A stretch of 54,420 nucleotides of DNA, filler included, from Circinaria calcarea (Eukaryota): NCBI GenBank assembly GCA_051942165.1. It is 3 parts of 3 records of this genome, joined end to end, with 100 filler letters (N's around TTAATTAATTAA, not from the genome) between each part and the next. Parts side by side here need not be neighbours in the genome. Positions count along the whole stretch, not along the records: positions 36,384 to 54,420 come from JAVECS010000245.1; 2 more parts are not named here. One strand, written 5' to 3'. Below the pieces are notes generated by a model. That model was not told where the DNA came from, made no database searches, and saw only the letters and a list, made by a program, of their open reading frames with translations. Positions 50,690 through 54,420 of this stretch are shown here, piece after piece; the first letter of the stretch is position 1; the number at the start of each line of letters is the position of its first letter. A program made the translations under genes and the position numbers.

Positions 50690-52295
50690 ATGCAAAGGCT
50701 CCCCCTTCAAGTCGGAATGACCGTCGTGACTCGGCCGCTAACCTTACCAACACTGCTACTTCGACCGAGTCTGTTGTCTAACATCACATCGCGACAGGCC
50801 CGCGAAACGGTAGATTGTACCTACTACAAGCATCGTCGGCCTTCTTCCACGACTACAAGGCACAGCGCCAACGAAAACTATGCTCAGGCTGCTAGAGAGT
50901 TAAATCAGAAGGGCCTGGACCAACAGGAATCCCAAGTCGGCGAGGCAATTTCCCAAGAGAAACAAGAAAAGGAGAAGCAGGCGAGGACACCATGGCATCG
51001 ACAGGGCTCGGATGTACCTCCGGTGGCTCGGCCACGCTCTGCCAGTGCAATGACAAAGGGTGAGCAGGCTTTGACTGATAATTAATGATTCGACTCACGT
51101 GTTCAAAGGCAAATTGCTTACAACGCCATCCCGCCTACTCAAACTCATCCTCCCTTTGACCACACTGGACAAGAACTCGGACAGAAAGGATGCAGAACCC
51201 CTTGCGCTTCTCGTTCATCCACAGCAACCCTTGTCATATCTAGAACGCCTGATTCAATCCGAGCTACCCACGATCAAAGATGCAAATGGCCAGGACAAGA
51301 TCCCAGCTGTACATTTCAGAGCCGAAGACTCCGTACAGGACGAGATTGTAGGACAGGAGGACCCCGGCAAGGACAATGCTGAAGATGCTGATCTGGAGGA
51401 GACCAAGTTCGATGGGCAACTGGAGAAGACTGGCAAACTGAATAGGAAAGCCAAGAATCTCGCTGCACATTTGCGGGGCGGCCCAGGCGAAGGAGGTGTA
51501 GAGAGCTACAGTGGGCACGGTCGTGAAGGAAAATCTGCCGCCAAAGGCGAAGAAAGAAAGTTTGTTCGCTGGTCAACATCGACCGAGATTGGCGATTTCA
51601 TTCGCGATGCTGCTCGAGGTAAGGAGTTCGCAGTAGAGATTGAGGGCGCGCCAAATGAGATCCGAGTCGGTGTGCCTAGCTTCAACGATCGTACACACTA
51701 CCTACGCATGCGCTTAAGGAGAACCTCAGAGCAGCTTTTGAAGATGGCCGCCCTAAAAACCGAATGTGACGTCGCTGCGCACCGTGGTGCTCAGCGTGTG
51801 GCCATGGGCGGGTTTGGTGTCCTGGTGGGTTGGTGGTATGTTGTGTATTGGCTGACTTTTAAGACTGAACTCGGATGGGATACAATGGAACCGGTCACGG
51901 TGAGAAATTCAGAGTCTATGCATACAACGGAATTGATTTACTAAAGCAAGGCAAAGTACCTGGTCGGCCTGTCAACCCTTATGAGCGGTTACCTTTGGTT
52001 TCTCTACCACAATCGAGAAGTTTCCTACCGTTCTGCCTTAAATCTTACTATTAGCCGGCGACAAACGAAATTGTACGCAGCCAAAGGATTCGATCTAGCA
52101 AAGTGGGAGGCACTGATCGAGGAAGGCAACGTCTTGCGCAAGGAGATCAAGGCAGTGGCTAGCGAATACGATGTTGACTGGGATGAGAAGGCCGACGAAA
52201 AAGATGATCTGGTGACTGAAGCTCTAAAAAAGAACCGGGAAGAGAAGAAGGCAAGTGGAGGCGACAAGAAGAAGAAAGACGACGAGGATGAGTAA
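50690..52295 (+). CDS. MCU: Mitochondrial calcium uniporter (fungal MCU); 3 exons
   Basis: Selectivity-filter motif GWDTMEPVT|YL between two TM helices, HPQQPLSYLERLIQSE, YLWFLYHNREVSY. Introns at about 51060-51108 and 51900-51956. Presequence-like N-terminus; start could be further upstream. Confidence 0.92.
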
Positions 52296-52614
52296 TGAAG
52301 TCTTCGTATGTCCCAGCCAAGGATCATCTCGTGGTACCAGCATCTCCCCCACCCAAGATAACGGTAGACTTGTATTTTCTCGCATAGCGATGGAGTCGAG
52401 GGAAGATTCATTCTATATTTTGCTGCTATTCGTACATGAAAATGCACAGCTTCATTCACCACGGATTCCAGATCCGTGGTCTGTGCTTCCAGTTTCTTCG
52501 TCCATCTTCTTCTGCTCTCATCCTTTTCATAGACTTGGCCCTCAGTCTCTCATCCGTTTCAATTCATAACCGTCGACCAATAATCGTGAGGTGGTAGTGC
52601 AGTTGTGTCTAAAT

Positions 52615-53170
52615 TCACAACGGTGAGCTACTCTTCCTCCTTGAAACTGATCTCGGCTTACCGTCTCCAGACCTCGAGGTATCTTCGCTGGTCGGCGTCC
52701 CGGGCGTGGTTGTCCTGGCCCGCCTATTCCTCCAGTCTCGATAGCGACAAACATGCCAAAGAAGCCATTTCAGCACCCAATTATATACCCTCCTATCCTG
52801 CGAATGACCTAGGTCGTAGAAGTGCCTTGGCCAAGGACCGCCATTCCCCCAGATCTCGGCGATGGCTTGGTCAATGGTAGTTGTGCTTAGGTGGGCCCAT
52901 TTATACGGGCGCTGCACGCTAGCATTAGAGGCGTATTCGGGTTTGAGGATGTCCCGCGAGGTGGTTTCGAAGTGAGTCACCCAGTAGTTTACGACTTCTT
53001 CCTGTGTTCGCTGGTTAGCTGTCATGTGGGTTTCGTGCTACATCGGCAGTCGGGAGTGACATGAGTCTTACCCACATGGCCCGGAGCTTCCATTTGTCGT
53101 CTGGGATCTGTTCGTTCAAGCTTAAGGCTCGGAGAAAATCCTCCTTTGACGCGCTTTGCTTGACGGGCAT
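52615..53170 (-). CDS. Small protein of unknown function (161 aa); exons 53170-53072 and 53001-52615
   Basis: Canonical 70-nt intron (GTAAGA..CTAAC..CAG) joins two ORFs in frame. Trp/Arg-rich motif NWVLKWLLWHVCRYRDWRNRR. Confidence 0.72.
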
Positions 53171-54420
53171 TGTACGAATTGAGGACGTGGAGCGCAATAC
53201 TCGCTCAGCAACGATGGCGGGTGAAGGATAGTCGAAGCACGAATTATGTGTCTTTCTTTGCGAAAAGCACGCAGCTCATCCAATGGTGATTGTCCAGTCT
53301 GCTCTTGCCCATCACAGCCGGCTGTTCGTCCTTCTTATGTCTCGTGCAATGGCATTCGAATCTGAAAGGCAAACATCCAGAAAGAATCCCAATCTTCCCT
53401 TCTATTCTCTACATGCTTAGCGTTCTCGCAACAGTGCCTGAAACAAGTCCCCTCGGTCTCGGTTGTGACGTTTGCTGTCGCTGCTTTCCGATGGTCGATG
53501 AGATGGTTCGTTAAACATGGCGGCCTTGCATGCCCTCTGCACGCCGGTTTGCCATTGATCGCTAAAGGAGGATTTAGGCCGTGCTGGATTTTCAATGGTT
53601 GGATGAAGGCTATTGTCGCGCAAACTGAATGGAGGCGTGGATATGCCGCGGTTGTCGCGAACATCGGTTTGCAAACAGGTTCTCTGACGGCTTGGGCTCC
53701 GGTCTGGAATGCGGGTTTCCAGCCAAACAACCACCAATCCTCATTCTTCTCAAAATAACCCATTCGGTTTGTTCCGATGCATTCTTGACCAATGACGATA
53801 GGAGTCCGCATTAACGATCACGGCTATCGGTAGGCGCAAATCCTCTTGGTTCTTGGCTTTTTGGTCAGACGTACCTTCTTTGTTGATATTGTCAACTTTT
53901 GCCGGGTCGTTGTGACAAGCCTCTGGTAGCCATTCATCAGTTCTGCCCTTGTTTGAGTCGTTTCCCGGTCTGCACACATGTTTCGGAAATTACCAATACG
54001 GCTACCGGAGATCGACTGCCGCTTTCAACCAATCATTATATGCTTTTAGCTTTCCACATCCGAAAGGCATGTACTGCCGTTGACAAAATATCACCTTCTC
54101 GCACTATTGTACCAACATATAGGAAGCATATAATTTGATCCTCCAACATAACCTCAACACCGCTGCTTTGCCGTCCCTGTGGTGCATGTCAACTTTGCGC
54201 TCTGATCAACCAGTATGGCTGACTACTCCTCCCCCGTTGTGCACCCCTCGCATGCAAAGAAACTCCCATCAATAGCCCTCAACCAAGAAGTACCTCCTAA
54301 GTACCGACCGTTGTATCCCCTACCCCGACTTCCATCATCTACCTTCCCCTTTTCCCCATAGATTCTACAGAACCGTGCTCGCAAGGAAAGTACCAGCCCC
54401 TTGGTCCCGCTATCCTTGGA

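Noticed and set aside
53335..54138. Minus-strand ORFs 53977-53750 and 53737-53417 in the same frame as a possible pseudogene
   Set aside because: Interrupted by stops and with no recognisable domain; cannot be supported without a search.

Overview
Eukaryotic DNA from a filamentous ascomycete (Pezizomycotina): intron-containing genes with GT..CTRAY..YAG introns mostly 50-75 nt long. The window is not one continuous locus. It is three contigs (1-18107, 18208-36283, 36384-54420; 18107, 18076 and 18037 bp, in descending size) joined by identical artificial 100-bp spacers (N44-TTAATTAATTAA-N44). Contig 1 carries an MFS transporter, RNase T2, a DmpA/P1 peptidase, an F-box-like pseudogene, a DUF6594 protein, an Rsc58/BRD7-9-like chromatin protein and a probable mitochondrial PPR-like protein. 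Contig 2 is one spacer-less 18-kb palindrome (axis between 27245 and 27246) holding two mirror copies of SKI2 and NMD5/importin-7. This is the most striking structure, but most likely an assembly or library fold-back artefact. Contig 3 carries ETP1/BRAP2, a 5-unit polyubiquitin, a Zn2Cys6-type factor, RAM1, a small dsRBD-like protein with a long structured intron, the mitochondrial calcium uniporter and a small unknown protein. I found no convincing new multi-gene system. Family assignments come from motif recognition, not database searches.
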